Positions 13,302 to 27,300 of a stretch of DNA of 64,000 nucleotides are shown here, in pieces. The notes beneath the pieces are model-generated. The model ran no database searches. It saw only the letters and a list, made by a program, of their open reading frames with translations, and was not told the origin of the DNA. This DNA comes from Tubiluchus corallicola. Taxonomy: Eukaryota; Animalia; Priapulida. The stretch is from assembly GCA_030141605.1 (NCBI GenBank), contig JAQGDQ010000107.1:494265-558264 (forward strand). Direction: 5' to 3'. Position 1 is the first letter of the stretch. Every line of letters starts with the position of its first letter. The position numbers and the translations under genes were made by a program.

Positions 13302-13731
13302 TGTCATCACGTAATGTGGCCTGGCCAAAATGCAATTTAGAAGAATTATAAGCTTTCGCGTTGCAGATATGGCAGTTCATACATAAACCAGACAGCACGA
13401 AAACTGTTGGTATTTTTCCGTAAACACAAAAATTTAAATTTTAAACAGTTTGTTAATTAACTAGACGTCACGCAGTGGAATGTGGCAGAAATGCTTTTGA
13501 GGAGAACATTGGTGTTATTGATTAGGACAGTAACTGTTGCAGGTGTATCTGTTAATTGAAGAAGCTCTCCGTATCAACACGAAACACATGTAAACTTAAA
13601 AAATTATGAGGGTTTGTTTACATATTACATATCTCATAACATTTACTTTAAGATTCATTCAGCCGCACACTGAATGCAGTAATATTGACCGCCCATATTA
13701 ATTTATGGCGTCATTATTATATAAGCCTGGC

Positions 13732-13804
<73 letters not shown>

Positions 13805-14171
13805 CTTCCTGGAGAAGCAAAATCCATCCCGTGTTTATAATTTTTGTAATTAATTATGTACTTTTAAATAATTACCTATTTATTTAATAAACGCTATTGT
13901 TATATTGTTACATTGATTGGTTGATTGGTGGTTGGTTGATTGGTTGGCTGGTTGGTTGGTTGATTGATTGATTGATTGACAGATTTATTGATTGATGGAT
14001 TGATTGTATAAAGTCATTACACTTCCAAAAATAGAATCAACATTTATTAATTAACAGCACGTAATACAAAAATTCAGATTCTTCATATGTATTAGATGTT
14101 CAGCGAATTCAAATTAAAAGGCGAAAGTCTAATTAAACCGCCAAAACATTGAACGAATATCAACCAACGTT

Positions 14172-14938
14172 GTGTTGAACAGACTAAGTGTTGCTTATAA
14201 TAATGGAATTTGCAAACTGCTTTCGTTTAGATTTGATTGTAGTGCATCTGTTATGTGTGTTAATCTTAGTCTACCAGATTTCTTGCATTTTAGAAGAAAA
14301 TGCTACTATAGTATAAGGCAGCGAGTTTTAAATTCCTGTAATATTTTTTTACTTACTCTTGTGAACTCTTGATGTGTATTTTAAATCTATTTTTTTAAAT
14401 TGTGGGTCAACGTCTTAACTTATTGATTACATTGTAAGTTTTAAATGCTTTTACTCGCATTTTGTATATAGTAATTTTTAGTATTTCTAGTTTTAGTCAC
14501 TGTAAATTTTAATTGTATGTTTTTATGTCTTTTATGCTGAAATAAATAGTAATCAATCAATCAGTCAGTCAGTCAGTCAGTCAGTCAGTCAGTCAGTCAG
14601 TCAGTCAGTCAGTCAGTCAGTCAGTCAGTCAGTCAGTCAGTCAGTCAGTCAGTCAGTCAGTCAGTCAGTCAGTCAGTCAGTCAGTCAGTCAGTCAGTCGT
14701 CAGTCAGTCAGTCAGTCAGTAAGTCAGTAAGTCAGGGATTCAGTCAGTCAGTCAGTCAGTCAGTCAGTCAGTGAGGGATTCAGTCAGTCAGTAAGTCAGT
14801 CAATCAGTCAGTCAGTCAGTCAGTCAGTCAGTCAGTCAGTCAGTCAGTCAGTCAGTCAGTCAGTCAGTCAGTCAGTCAGTCAGTCAGTCAGTCAGTCAGT
14901 CAGTCAGTCAGTCAGTCAGTCAGTCAGTCAGTCAGTCA
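14172..14938 (+). mobile_element. LINE 3' remnant with an expanded (TCAG)n tail (about 14551-14938)
   Basis: RLSVAYNNGICKLL...CSASVM...DFLHFRRK resembles the LINE C-terminal LxVAYN...CSASxMF motif; T-rich 3' UTR, AATAAA near 14541, then (AATC)/(TCAG)n. Confidence 0.65.
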
Positions 14939-16253
14939 ATCTGCGCTCAATTTTGCACCATTGCCCTTAAAAGTTTGACTGCACTCAATTTTGCTGTACC
15001 AATGCCGGAAGATATTAACGATTTACATTATTTTGACTGAAATCGACTTAAGCAAAATAAACGAAAAGTAAAAAGTTAATAAATAAATATTTACGAGACG
15101 TAACTGCAGTTGAGAATGTCTACACTCTTCCTCTTCAATTAGCTTCTTACACTGTAATAGCATTACTTCATGGGGGAGTTTGGCAAACATTCGAGCAGTC
15201 AAACATCTCAGTTTCTCCTCGACTCGACCATAATTGACATCGATTCCGTGGCTGCTGCTTCTTTACGGTTTCCTCATATGATCCGGATTTTTAATTGCGC
15301 GTTTTACTAAAATGAAAAGAGATGCTACAGAGATGGATAATTGAAAATAGACGTTTTAGTTTTGGTGGGTCAAAATACATCAGTGGCATGCGAAATTCAC
15401 TTTATAAATGCCAACAGTTCACTAGAATGAAAAGAGATGTCACAAAGTTGGATAATTTAAAATCGACGTTTTAGTTTGTTGGGTCAAAATCTATTCAAAA
15501 CATATCAGTGGTATGCCAAATTCACTTTATAAATGCCAACAGTTTGTTACAGAATTCAATGCTATTATGAGATTAGGCTAAATATGTATTAGAACATTGG
15601 TAATTAGTAGTTATCTGTCATGTATTGTTTAGCAAAATTTTGAAACTTTTACACTTTTCCTGTAATTTAACCAAGAAAGTGAAAAATTTTTAATGCTTCT
15701 GTTATATTTAAATGTTCTATACAACTTTAGTTATTACTGCAAGTGTAATGTATAATTTAATCTCTTCTCCCCCACTTAAAATTGAGTATATATATATATA
15801 TATATATCATTGTATATACAAGTAAGCAATATGGTGCATTGTAATACAAGTAAGTGGTACATTGACATCATTTTTTCATTTAAGTAAGGTGAGTGTGTTA
15901 ATGACCGTATCGTCGTACACTCACCTCGCACTACTCAAATTATTACATCATTTACTTCATCCTTATTTACATTAAGTTATCTACGGAAGCATGCATAACT
16001 ATAATCATTTTTTCATTTAAGTAAGGTGAGTGTGTTAATGACCGTATGGTCGTACACTCACCTCGCACTACTCAAATTATTTTATTTAAAGTTAATTAAT
16101 GTGTATGATATTGTATTTTGATGTGTGAAAATAAATTCGTAGTTTATAGTTCATAGTTCTGAATTGAGCGTGTAGAAGAATGATTAAATAAACGAATAAT
16201 AAAGAATAAGAATTATATTAGATCACGTTCACTCACTGTTTTTCTATTTGCAG

Positions 16254-16529
16254 AGCTCTAAGGAACTTGCCATATACAACCCAGACCAGGGCAACTCAAG
16301 AGTCCGGAACCCCCGGCGAGGTTCGTACTCCGATTCCCAAAGTAGCTTGGAATTAATTCTCCATAATCGTGCTAGCAATCAATGCACCAACAACAGCAAC
16401 AACCACGGCGGTGGCGACATTCACGCCGCCACCGTCACCGCCATCGTTACATCGCCATCCGAATCTGACATCAGCCGAACGTCATGTACGGACGCCATGC
16501 CTGCCGTCGTTCGAATATCGACATTGTGA
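16254..16529 (+). CDS. Shal: Shal/Kv4 terminal coding exon
   Basis: tttctatttgcag|SSKELAIYNP...PAVVRISTL*; phase 0; ending resembles the Kv4 terminus VVRVSAL. Confidence 0.85.
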   Translation, partial: SSKELAIYNPDQGNSRVRNPRRGSYSDSQSSLELILHNRASNQCTNNSNNHGGGDIHAATVTAIVTSPSESDISRTSCTDAMPAVVRISTL

Positions 16530-16920
16530 TGTAATCATGTACATTCTTCCATATAAGGCAACATTAGCCTAGCATAAATGTGATTTGTGTATAATGGCTA
16601 AGTTGCCAGGGTACATTATTTTTCATCTTTCCTGTATATGTATTATTACGTTATTACCTGTTCTATGATCACCTGTGCAAAGCAATATTCGCGAATTCCG
16701 TTTTATTCGTCGAAATTTATTCAGAATTTATGTTTTACGGGTTACAGGAGAAATGTAAAATGCATGTAAATAAACGCGAAATCACGAGTTTTTTATTGTT
16801 AGTGTGAAGTAAGCTATGTTGTTGCTAGTAACATTGCAAGATTACCTTGAGATTTCGTGCAGTTTTATGTCACGTTCTACATAAACGTAATTTCAACTCC
16901 ATGTTTTCGTAAATCATGTA

Positions 16921-17131
16921 CAGGGTGCTCCTAAAAAACAGTGCAGTGAAAATATACTCGCCAAATCACAAAAGATGTTTAAAATGAGCCTTCCTTCTGC
17001 ATTGTGATATTGTAATACATAATGACGTAAACAATGTTATAGTTGTATAACGGCATTAAACTTTGTATGATGGTAAGATTGGTATCTTTAACATAAGTTT
17101 GTTAGTGGGCTGCTTCTTTTGGAACACCCTG
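16921..17131. mobile_element. Tc1/mariner-type MITE
   Basis: TA|CAGGGTGCTCC...GGAACACCCTG|TA: imperfect TIRs and a TA target duplication. Confidence 0.8.
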
Positions 17132-18481
17132 TATATCTATGTCTTGCTTTTCAAACAGTTTCTTAGTTTCTGCGCATAAAGTTATGCCTAGTTGGTCACT
17201 TATAGGCCTATTTCGAATAAAAATCTTCACTGGCAACGATTATTATACCAACAAAAATGTGTTACAGAAATTAAATGTATTTTATGACCTAAAAATTGTT
17301 TTTAATGTCGTGTTTATTGGGAGAAAATCTGTAGATTTCCGTACACTTTGTTAAGCAAACTCCCCACGATGGCTAATTTCACTAATTCCTTCAGCGGAGA
17401 TTAAACGAAGCTACAAGAATTGATCTTTCCTACAGAACGTGACTCTTCATTACTACTGCCAAGGACAGGAGCGATAAGAGCTTTGGTGATGATTCCAAAC
17501 CCCGAGCTTCATCGAATCTTAGTAAAACCGACACCTGCCCCTCTTTTAGTCATGAAAAGAATTGAATTTTATGCAAAATCTACCGTAGAAGATAAAAAAC
17601 ACCAAAAACTTCTGGAACCTCATTTTATAACCATCCCACTTATTTACATAGCGAAATGCATTTGTACTATTGCTGTGCAGGTCTATGCTTTATTTATTTA
17701 ATTATTTATGTTTTCTACTTATTTATTTATTTCCACGTAAAATACATGTTTCTCAAAACAATTACAAATCAGTCATAAACTAATTATACAAACACAAACA
17801 CTGGAATACGGTCAGAAAGTCACTAGTCTTATTGGTTATATTGGTTGTGACACGCGCCGTAGCGTCTCATTGGTTAAAAACAAAAACCGTTTCATTGGTA
17901 CGAATGTAAACTAATGAAAATGATAGTTATTAATACATTAAAAACAAAGTTTTGCGTACAAACATTAAACAGTGATAGTGTAATTACAAAAACATCGCAA
18001 AACAAAAAACCGTACAGTAAGACTAGAGTTCATAATGGCTCATCATTGTAATTAGTTTAACCGTTGATAATGTTAACTTAAGCAAGGTGCACACACTCTC
18101 TCTTTGCCCAAATTATTCCGAATGTAAATAACTGGACAGGAAAGTAATTGCACATATTTGGCTTATGATAATTAAGGATACATAATTTACATATAAATTG
18201 CAGAAAACTTAAAATACCTGCATATTGCACGTACTTGTAGTTATATGAAAATTAGACTGTACAGTATCGTCTTAATCATTACAGCTTACTAATCGTTAAA
18301 GAAATATAATTTAAAATGCAATGAAAAATGTTCAAATCAGGGGTACCATTCACGACGTCAGTGTAGTACATTTATATGCATAAAGACAAAGCTACTTATT
18401 TATACAGCAAATACAAAAATGGTATAATTATCACAAGTAATATACACTTTTGAATCTGCAGCTAATCATTTGCAAGTGTAA

Positions 18482-20426
18482 CAATGCTCATAATGAATTA
18501 GGGAAATGACTGTTATAAGGCCAGTCAATGCTCATAATGAATTAGGGAAATGACTGTTATAAGGCCAGTCAATGCTCATAATGAATTAGGGAAATGACTG
18601 TTATAAGGCCAGTCAATGCTCATAATGAATTAGGGAAATGACTGTTATAAGGCCAGTCGATGCTCATAATGAATTAGGGAAATGACTGTTATAAGGCCAG
18701 TCAATGCTCATAATGAATTAGGGAAATGACTGTTATAAGGCCAGTCAATGCTCATAATGAATTAGGGAAATGACTGTTATAAGGCCAGTCAATGCTCATA
18801 ATGAATTAGGGAAATGACTGTTATAAGGCCAGTCAATGCTCATAATGAATTAGGGAAATGACTGTTATAAGGCCAGTCAATGCTCATACTGAATTAGGGA
18901 AATGACTGTTATAAGGCCAGTCAATGCTCATAATGAATTAGGGAAATGACTGTTATAAGGCCAGTCAATGCTCATAATGAATTAGGGAAATGACTGTTAT
19001 AAGGCCAGTCAATGCTCATAATGAATTAGAAAACGTATAAGGCAGTATGTCATAATGAATTAGGAAATGACGTTATAAGAGTCACTATAATGAATTAGGA
19101 AATGACTGTTATAGCAGTAATGCTCATATGTGGGAAATGACTGTTATAAGGCCAGTCAATGCTCATAATGAATTAGGGAAATGACTGTTATAAGGCCAGT
19201 CAATGTCATAATGAATTAGGGAAATGAGTTATAAGGCCAGTCAATGCTCATAATGAATTAGGGAAATGACTGTTATAGCCAGTCAATGCTCATAATGAAT
19301 TAGGGAAATGACTGTTATAAGGCCAGTCAATGCTCATAATGAATTAGGGAAATGACTGTTATAAGGCCATCAATGCTCATAATGAATTAGGAAATGACTG
19401 TTATAAGGCAGTCAATGCTCATAATGAATTAGGGAAATGACTGTTATAAGGCCAGTCAATGCTCATAATGAATTAGGGAAATGACTGTTATAAGGCCAGT
19501 CAATGCTCATAATGAATTAGGGAAATGACTGTTATAAGGCCAGTCAATGCTCATAATGAATTAGGGAAATGACTGTTATAAGGCCAGTCAATGCTCATAA
19601 TGAATTAGGGAAATGACTGTTATAAGGCCAGTCAATGCTCATAATGAATTAGGGAAATGACTGTTATAAGGCCAGTCAATGCTCATAATGAATTAGGGAA
19701 ATGACTGTTATAAGGCCAGTCAATGCTCATAATGAATTAGGGAAATGACTGTTATAAGGCCAGTCAATGCTCATAATGAATTAGGGAAATGACTGTTATA
19801 AGGCCAGTCAATGCTCATAATGAATTAGGGAAATGACTGTTATAAGGCCAGTCAATGCTCATAATGAATTAGGGAAATGACTGTTATAAGGCCAGTCAAT
19901 GCTCATAATGAATTAGGGAAATGACTGTTATAAGACCAGTCAATGCTCATAATGAATTAGGGAAATGACTGTTATAAGGCCAGTCAATGCTCATAATGAA
20001 TTAGGGAAATGACTGTTATAAGGCCAGTCAATGCTCATAATGAATTAGGGAAATGACTGTTATAAGGTCAGTGAATGCTCATAATGAATTAGGGAAATGA
20101 CTGTTATAAGGCCAGTCAATGCTCATAATGAATTAGGGAAATGACAGTTATAAGACCAGTCAATGCTCATAATGAATTAGGGAAATGACAGTTATAAAAC
20201 CAGTCAATGCTCATAATGAATTAGGGAAATGACTGTTATAAGGCCAGTCAATGCTCATAATGAATTAGGGAAATGACTGTTATAAGGCCAGTCAATGCTC
20301 ATAATGAATTAGGGAAATGACTGTTATAAGGCCAGTCAATGCTCATAATGAATTAGGGAAATGACTGTTATAAGGTCAGCGAATGCTCACAATGAATTAG
20401 GGAAATGACTGTTATAAGGCCAGTCA
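18482..20426. repeat. 44-bp tandem minisatellite, about 44 copies
   Basis: Unit CAATGCTCATAATGAATTAGGGAAATGACTGTTATAAGGCCAGT; an indel-rich patch at about 19030-19410 may be read error. Confidence 0.98.
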
Positions 20427-21555
20427 CTCTTTCCTGTGGGCTGAGATAAACTGGCCTCTAATTAAGAATGTGAACGTCTCCAAGCACAGGATTTACTTAT
20501 GAAGGCGTTAATCCAGCTAACCTAATTTCCTCAAATGACTGACCCTTGGAGCTCTGACTAGCAAATTGTGAAACCACAAGGGAATCAATCTAAAATTTGC
20601 CAAGCTTTAAAGCATAATTTGGACCAACAGATTAAACCCTAAGTAGTTAAAGGCGTTAAAAATTATAAAAGATGAGTGAGGGAAACATGATTTTTCATAA
20701 ACTCGACTTCGTAAATCGTAATCAAATTTTTACAAAATAGAGTATCCGTAATGATCATGCATAATATTTAGAAAACAGCGATGACAAATACTTTAGCACG
20801 CATTACAAACATGAATCTACTACGGTTTAAAACTTCGGACATGTTGTTAAACATTTAAAATTTACACTTTATAATCCAAGTAACGAAAGATGTGCTAAAA
20901 TGGTTGTTTTTACACGTGCAAGTTGCTTATTTACGTAATTTTTGTAAAAGCCTAAAGTGATAACAACGTTCCATTTAGGATTTAGTTGATTTCAATTGTT
21001 TTTCAATAATCTAGATACCGTTTTGCAGTATCTTATCAATATTGTTCAAGATAAAATAAAGTAAATACATGAGGTTATTACCATTGTAGCATAAATTCTA
21101 GCCTATATTTGCAGTATTCCGCTTGCAGAGCTGTTCTCAGCTACATTCTATCAGGTCTTTCATGGCTTTTTCGCAGCCTATATAGTATTTTCATTATTAA
21201 TTGATTCTTACAAACGTCCCTTGTTTATCATAAATCATCCTTCGTAGAAATGTTATGTAGAAGAATTCCACTCGTCTTCCAAAGAACGAGGCTTATTGAT
21301 TACTAATAAGTAATGATGCTTTGTCAGGCGTGGATGCTGATGAACATACCGGCACAAAGCAAATCGTTGCCATTATCAGCTGATCATTAACTTTCGTGAA
21401 TTCTTCCAGTAAATATTGTTTAATAGGAGCTGCAGGCCATGAATTCATTCCAAGAAGTGTAAGATGATCAAGTGTCTTACTCTAGGAAACTGTGACGTAA
21501 ACGTATTCGCTTAGAATCCCAAACAAGCTATTGAATGACAATTGTATAACGATAC

Positions 21556-21720
21556 TGATGATGATGACGACGACGACGACGATGATGATGATGATGATGA
21601 TGATGATGCTGACGAAGCCGACGATGATGATAATGACGACGACGATGATGATGATAATGAGAGAACGACGACGACGACAGCGACGATGATGATGATGATG
21701 ACGACGACGATGCTGATAAT
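21556..21720. repeat. (GAT/GAC)n microsatellite
   Basis: Direct reading. Confidence 0.93.
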
Positions 21721-23209
21721 GAGACAAAATGGATTGAGGCAGTCAAAGCAGCATTTTTGCATTTCAATTATGTCTCCTCTGATAACCTCGTCGAAATGAT
21801 AGTACCTTACTGGCTTATTCGCGTCATTTGTGGTTTTTGCCATAATATAATAAAACAGATAAGATTTTTCCAATTTCCAAGGACTATCTTGGATTTCTTG
21901 AATTTATAACTTGTTAAGTGTTCAGATAAATATCCAAATAATTATTTCGGGTCATACAAAATTTTGAAACAAAATAAAATGATAAACTATTTTTACAGGA
22001 AAAGATATCATATTGGACTGCCGTGCGTTCATAGCGGAGGCAGGACGGATGGCACCGCGACCCACACCGTGCGGCATGTCTTAATCATTCAACGCCTCAC
22101 CCATAAACAATGATTGAATAATAGAGTCAGTCGAAATGACAATTTATTATTGAATTTTACACTTTAAATAAGGAACGACCAGCTTACCTACAGGAACAGA
22201 TTTTGCGAGAAAAGCCTGAGAAATTTGAACACAGCTTCACGAAAGACACGACCACTGACAAGGGTCTACAGCAGACCTTCCCTTTTTATAAGCTCAGGTG
22301 TGCACGTGACTAGTGGCTTTTACTAACACAAGGTCAGAATACGACTCTGTGCTAGATAAAGCCACGTTCACATGCACACCTGAAAAGTCTACTGTATTCC
22401 CCTGCCAGCATTACATTTCATTTCATCACAGCCCTGCAGTACACTATTACACAAGGGCCTACATTATAAGCTGGATCGACAGTTCTTGTATTAAAAAAAT
22501 AAAGCATTTTTGACATTGACTAGTAAAAGTCCAGTATCAGCTTGCTTTACTATAGTTTCTCTTTCGCAGAGTTTTTATTGACATATTTCTCTGTTGCTGC
22601 TAAAACGCGCTGATGTCTAAACTGTACAGCAGTTTTTATTACTGCAACGTCAGTAATAGCTCTGAACTTCAAAGAGAGCAATATCCATAATCGGTGCAAA
22701 TCATCAACTTTGTAATAGAGTCAAATGTCGGCAGACCGCAAGAGTTGCAAAACCAGCTTCCAGGCTTCTTAGACTCAAGCAAGCGAACTAGATCAATGAT
22801 CAATCAGTTATTGGATAGCTTCGCCATCTGTTGACAATTTGTTGCACTTCAGAGGTTAAGTTAGGCATCACAAGTAACTAAGCAACGTTACAATTTTTTA
22901 GTGTCACTTGTAAGTAGTAATAACAATTTAAAAAGAAAACCAAAAGGCAGCTTACCTTGATCTAATACTATAAATTTTCATTAAAATCTGATGAGTATTT
23001 ACATATAATATGTAAAAAATATTATTTTCAACATGTGTAACATATTTTTTGTTTTATTTATTTATTGACGATTCACAAGCCATACAATTACAATTGCAAT
23101 TACAAGTTACCAAAAATTACATAAACAATGAAGAAAAAACTACACTTACAAACCCGCACATGGGGTATAATCGCCAACACAATAAAACACAGTAATAATA
23201 ATAATAATG

Positions 23210-23304
<95 letters not shown>

Positions 23305-23729
23305 TAGCAAAGGCCCCGCAAAAAATTTTGCATACAAATACACGTACAATGAAAAATACGCAAACATCCTACCTAGTCCTCATTTATAACGCAAAGCCTG
23401 TAGCAGCTTTTACTGAATTAAAACTATAAGGTTATAGACAGAGTATAATGGATGACGTCAGAACAATGGCTTGGCTAGTTTTCCAAGCGAAGATTGCCAA
23501 AAATAGAACATCTAATTAACCCGTCGGTACTCCTCTTAGTGGACATGTTCTAAAATACAGTCCACATCATCGTGTAACCCTGTTCTTTCTCTTTCTAAAG
23601 AGCTATATATCTCCTTCCGAGAGTCCCACCAGGCGCCACTAGAACGTTTTTTCCGCATGCTGTTTGGTGAAATTTTCGAAAAATATCACTGATAATATTT
23701 GTTATTTTAGTGTTTCATGGGAGTGGTAA

Positions 23730-24303
<574 letters not shown>

Positions 24304-27300
24304 CCCATTGGCATTCATTCTCACTGGAGGAAAGAGGTTCATAATATTAAATCTTCTGGGAGAATTCCAGACATCTTTGATGTTGTCACTTTCATAGAAA
24401 GACAGGCACAGATTGAAAATGATCCCACGTTTCATAGGAAACCATCCGAGAGGAAGGACACCTATAAGCCTAAACCAAAGTCTAATTCTGTAAACATTTT
24501 TGCTAGTTCTGGAACATTTGCTAGTTCACATACACGTGAACCTGACAAATCTGAAGAGAAGACTTCACTTTCATGTACCCTGTGTTCTGAAGCACATCGG
24601 CTTCAGAAATGCTTCTAGTTCAAGAGGCTAACTGTACCTGGAAGGCTAGATGTAGCCAAGCAACACAAATTATGTTTTCATTGCCTGAAGCCTAACCACA
24701 GTAGTGCATCATGTAGGTCAGCCAATCGCTGTGATGTTTGCAAGAGAAAACATTCCACTTTCTTGCATGCTCAGAATATGCGAGGAAATATTAGCACTGC
24801 TGCTGCTACACACAAACCCAACAGCAGGCCGTATAGTGGAGAAGAAAAAGAAAAGAAGAATAATGAAGAAGATAACGAGAAACTAAAAGAAGAAGATAGT
24901 GAGCACAATTGCCAAAGTGGTTACATAAAGAAGACGCATGAGCCTTCTAAGTGCAATGTAGCTTTGCCTATCTTGCCAGTATTTGTTAACATACCAGGTG
25001 GTAAACCATTAAAGACACTAGCACTTCTTGACCCTGGTTCGACAAATACATTCTGCTCTAGCCAAATATATGAAAAGTTAGGCGCTCAGGGCAGAGAAGA
25101 AACATTAATTTTGACAACGCTTGATGCTAAACAGAGCCAGAAGAAGAGTAAAGTCACTAAACTACAAGTGTCTGATCCAAACTACAATGTCACCATAGAT
25201 CTCCCTCTTGTCTTTACAAGACCATCCCTTATGTTAGAGATGGAGCATTTACCTGTTTATGAGAACTTGAGCTCTTGGCCACACTTACAAGGCATTGACG
25301 TCTATGTTGCCCAGGACAGATCTCAGTCTCTGGAACTTGGCCTTCTCATAGGGCAAGATGTGCCTGAAGCTCTCGCTCCAATTGAAATAAGAAAAGGACC
25401 TAAACATGCTCCTTGTGCATCGCTCAGTGTCTTGGGTTGGACCCTAAATGGACCACTTGGACCAACTGAAGCCGAGCATATCAGTTGTAACCTTAGCATT
25501 TTGCAGCCTGTAACACTGGAGCAACAAGTAGAGCGATTCTGGGAGCTAGAATCTTGCGAAGATAACAGCCATAAACCTTCTGTCGAAGATGTAAGAACTG
25601 TTAACATCTGGGAACGATCCGCAACACTGACTGAAGACCACCACTATATGATGGATATCCCATTTAGAAGCGAATCTCCCGATTTGCCAAATAATAAAAT
25701 TGTAGCAGAGAAGAGACTTGAAGGTTTGAAGAAGACGTTTAAGCAAGATGAGGCCCTTCACAACAAATACTCTAAAGAGATTAGTGACTTGCTCGAAAAA
25801 GGATATGCTGAACCCGTAAATGAGGAAGCTGCAACCACTGATGGCAAGGTGTGGTATTTGCCACACTTTAATGTTAAAAGTGAGAGCAAGCCAGAGAAAA
25901 CAAGAGTAGTATTTGATTGTGCTGTGAGTTTTGCTGGCACAACATTAAACAAAATTGTAATGCAAGGACCTGATCTAACCAACAAGCTCCTTGGCGTCTT
26001 GCTCAGATTTAGAGAAGGTAAAATAGCAATCGCTGCTGACATCCAGAGTATGTTTTACCAGGTGAGAGTCACTCCTGCTGACAGAGATGTACTCCGTTTC
26101 CTTTGGTGGCCTGGAGGCAATATAGAACTAAAACCTAAAATATACAGGATGACAGTCCATATTTTTGGCGGAATATGGTGCCCAAGTATTGCATCATATG
26201 CACTCCAGAAAACAGCCATGGACAACAGAGCTTTGTACAACAGCACCGTGGTACAAACAGTTATAAGCAATTTCTATGTAGACGATCTTCTTAAGTCTCT
26301 TTCAACAACTCAGGAAGGTATTGCAATGATAGAAGACCTAACCAGTTTACTTCACCATGGTGGCTTCCATTTAACAAAATGGTGCAGCAACGACCGAGAA
26401 GTTCTCAACTCTATCCCTGCAGAAGAAAGAGGGAAATCAGTGAAGGATATTGATTTAGATAACTCATCCTTGCCTGTTGATCGGGTTCTTGGCATTGCAT
26501 GGAACATGGAAGCAGACCATTTTAGTATTCTTGTTAGGAAAAAAAACCGATGACACGCCGTGGTCTTTTGAGTGTAATGGCTTCATCATATGATCCTATG
26601 GGAATAATAAGTCCCTATGTTCTGCAAGCGAAGTTACTATTTCAGGAAGAAACACGATTGAAGAAATCCTGGGATGAACCTTTGGAGGATCATGTGAAAC
26701 AACAATGGAAAAGATGGTTAGAAGAACTTGACTTAATCAAAGATGTGCACCTGAGTCAGTGTTTTACACCACCAAACTTTGAAGCTGTTTCATACCAGCT
26801 TCATCATTTCTCAGATGCATCCGAAAGAGCCCTTGGAACTGTATCATATCTTAGATCAGCAAATGCTGCAGGAGATATCGTCTGTACATTTGTGGTGAGT
26901 AAAACAAGACTGACCCCCTTTAAGAAAGTCACTTTGCCACGCCTCGAACTGTCAGCTGCTGTGCTTGCAGTAAAAGTTGATTCCATGGTACGGAAGGAAT
27001 TAAGCATTCCTATAGGTACTTCTACATTTTGGGTTGACAGCACAATTGTTCTTGGCTATATCAACAATGAAAGGGCCAGATACAAAACCTTTATGGCTAA
27101 CCGGTTAGCTACCATACACAGCTTAACAGTTCCCAGCCAATGGAGGCATGTCTCTGGAGATGAAAATCCAGCAAATGATGCATCGCGAGGTTTGTCTGCA
27201 AGAGATTTAATCACGAATGTCAGATGGCTGCGTGGCCCAGAATTTCTATACAAACCTGAACCAGAATGGCCAGTTCAAACAGTTCTGCCCACAGTGGATA

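Noticed and set aside
12442-13398. Poly-I/M/S/H ORFs, and similar ORFs near 7.0, 8.5, 21.5, 23.2, 23.7, 30.7 and 41.8 kb
   Set aside because: Microsatellite translations with no coding signal.
18482-20426. 44-bp array as CRISPR
   Set aside because: Head-to-tail identical units without spacers, in a eukaryotic context.
22110-22450. Possible minus-strand solo LTR
   Set aside because: TATA-like and poly(A)-like signals are present, but no TG..CA ends with a TSD could be defined.
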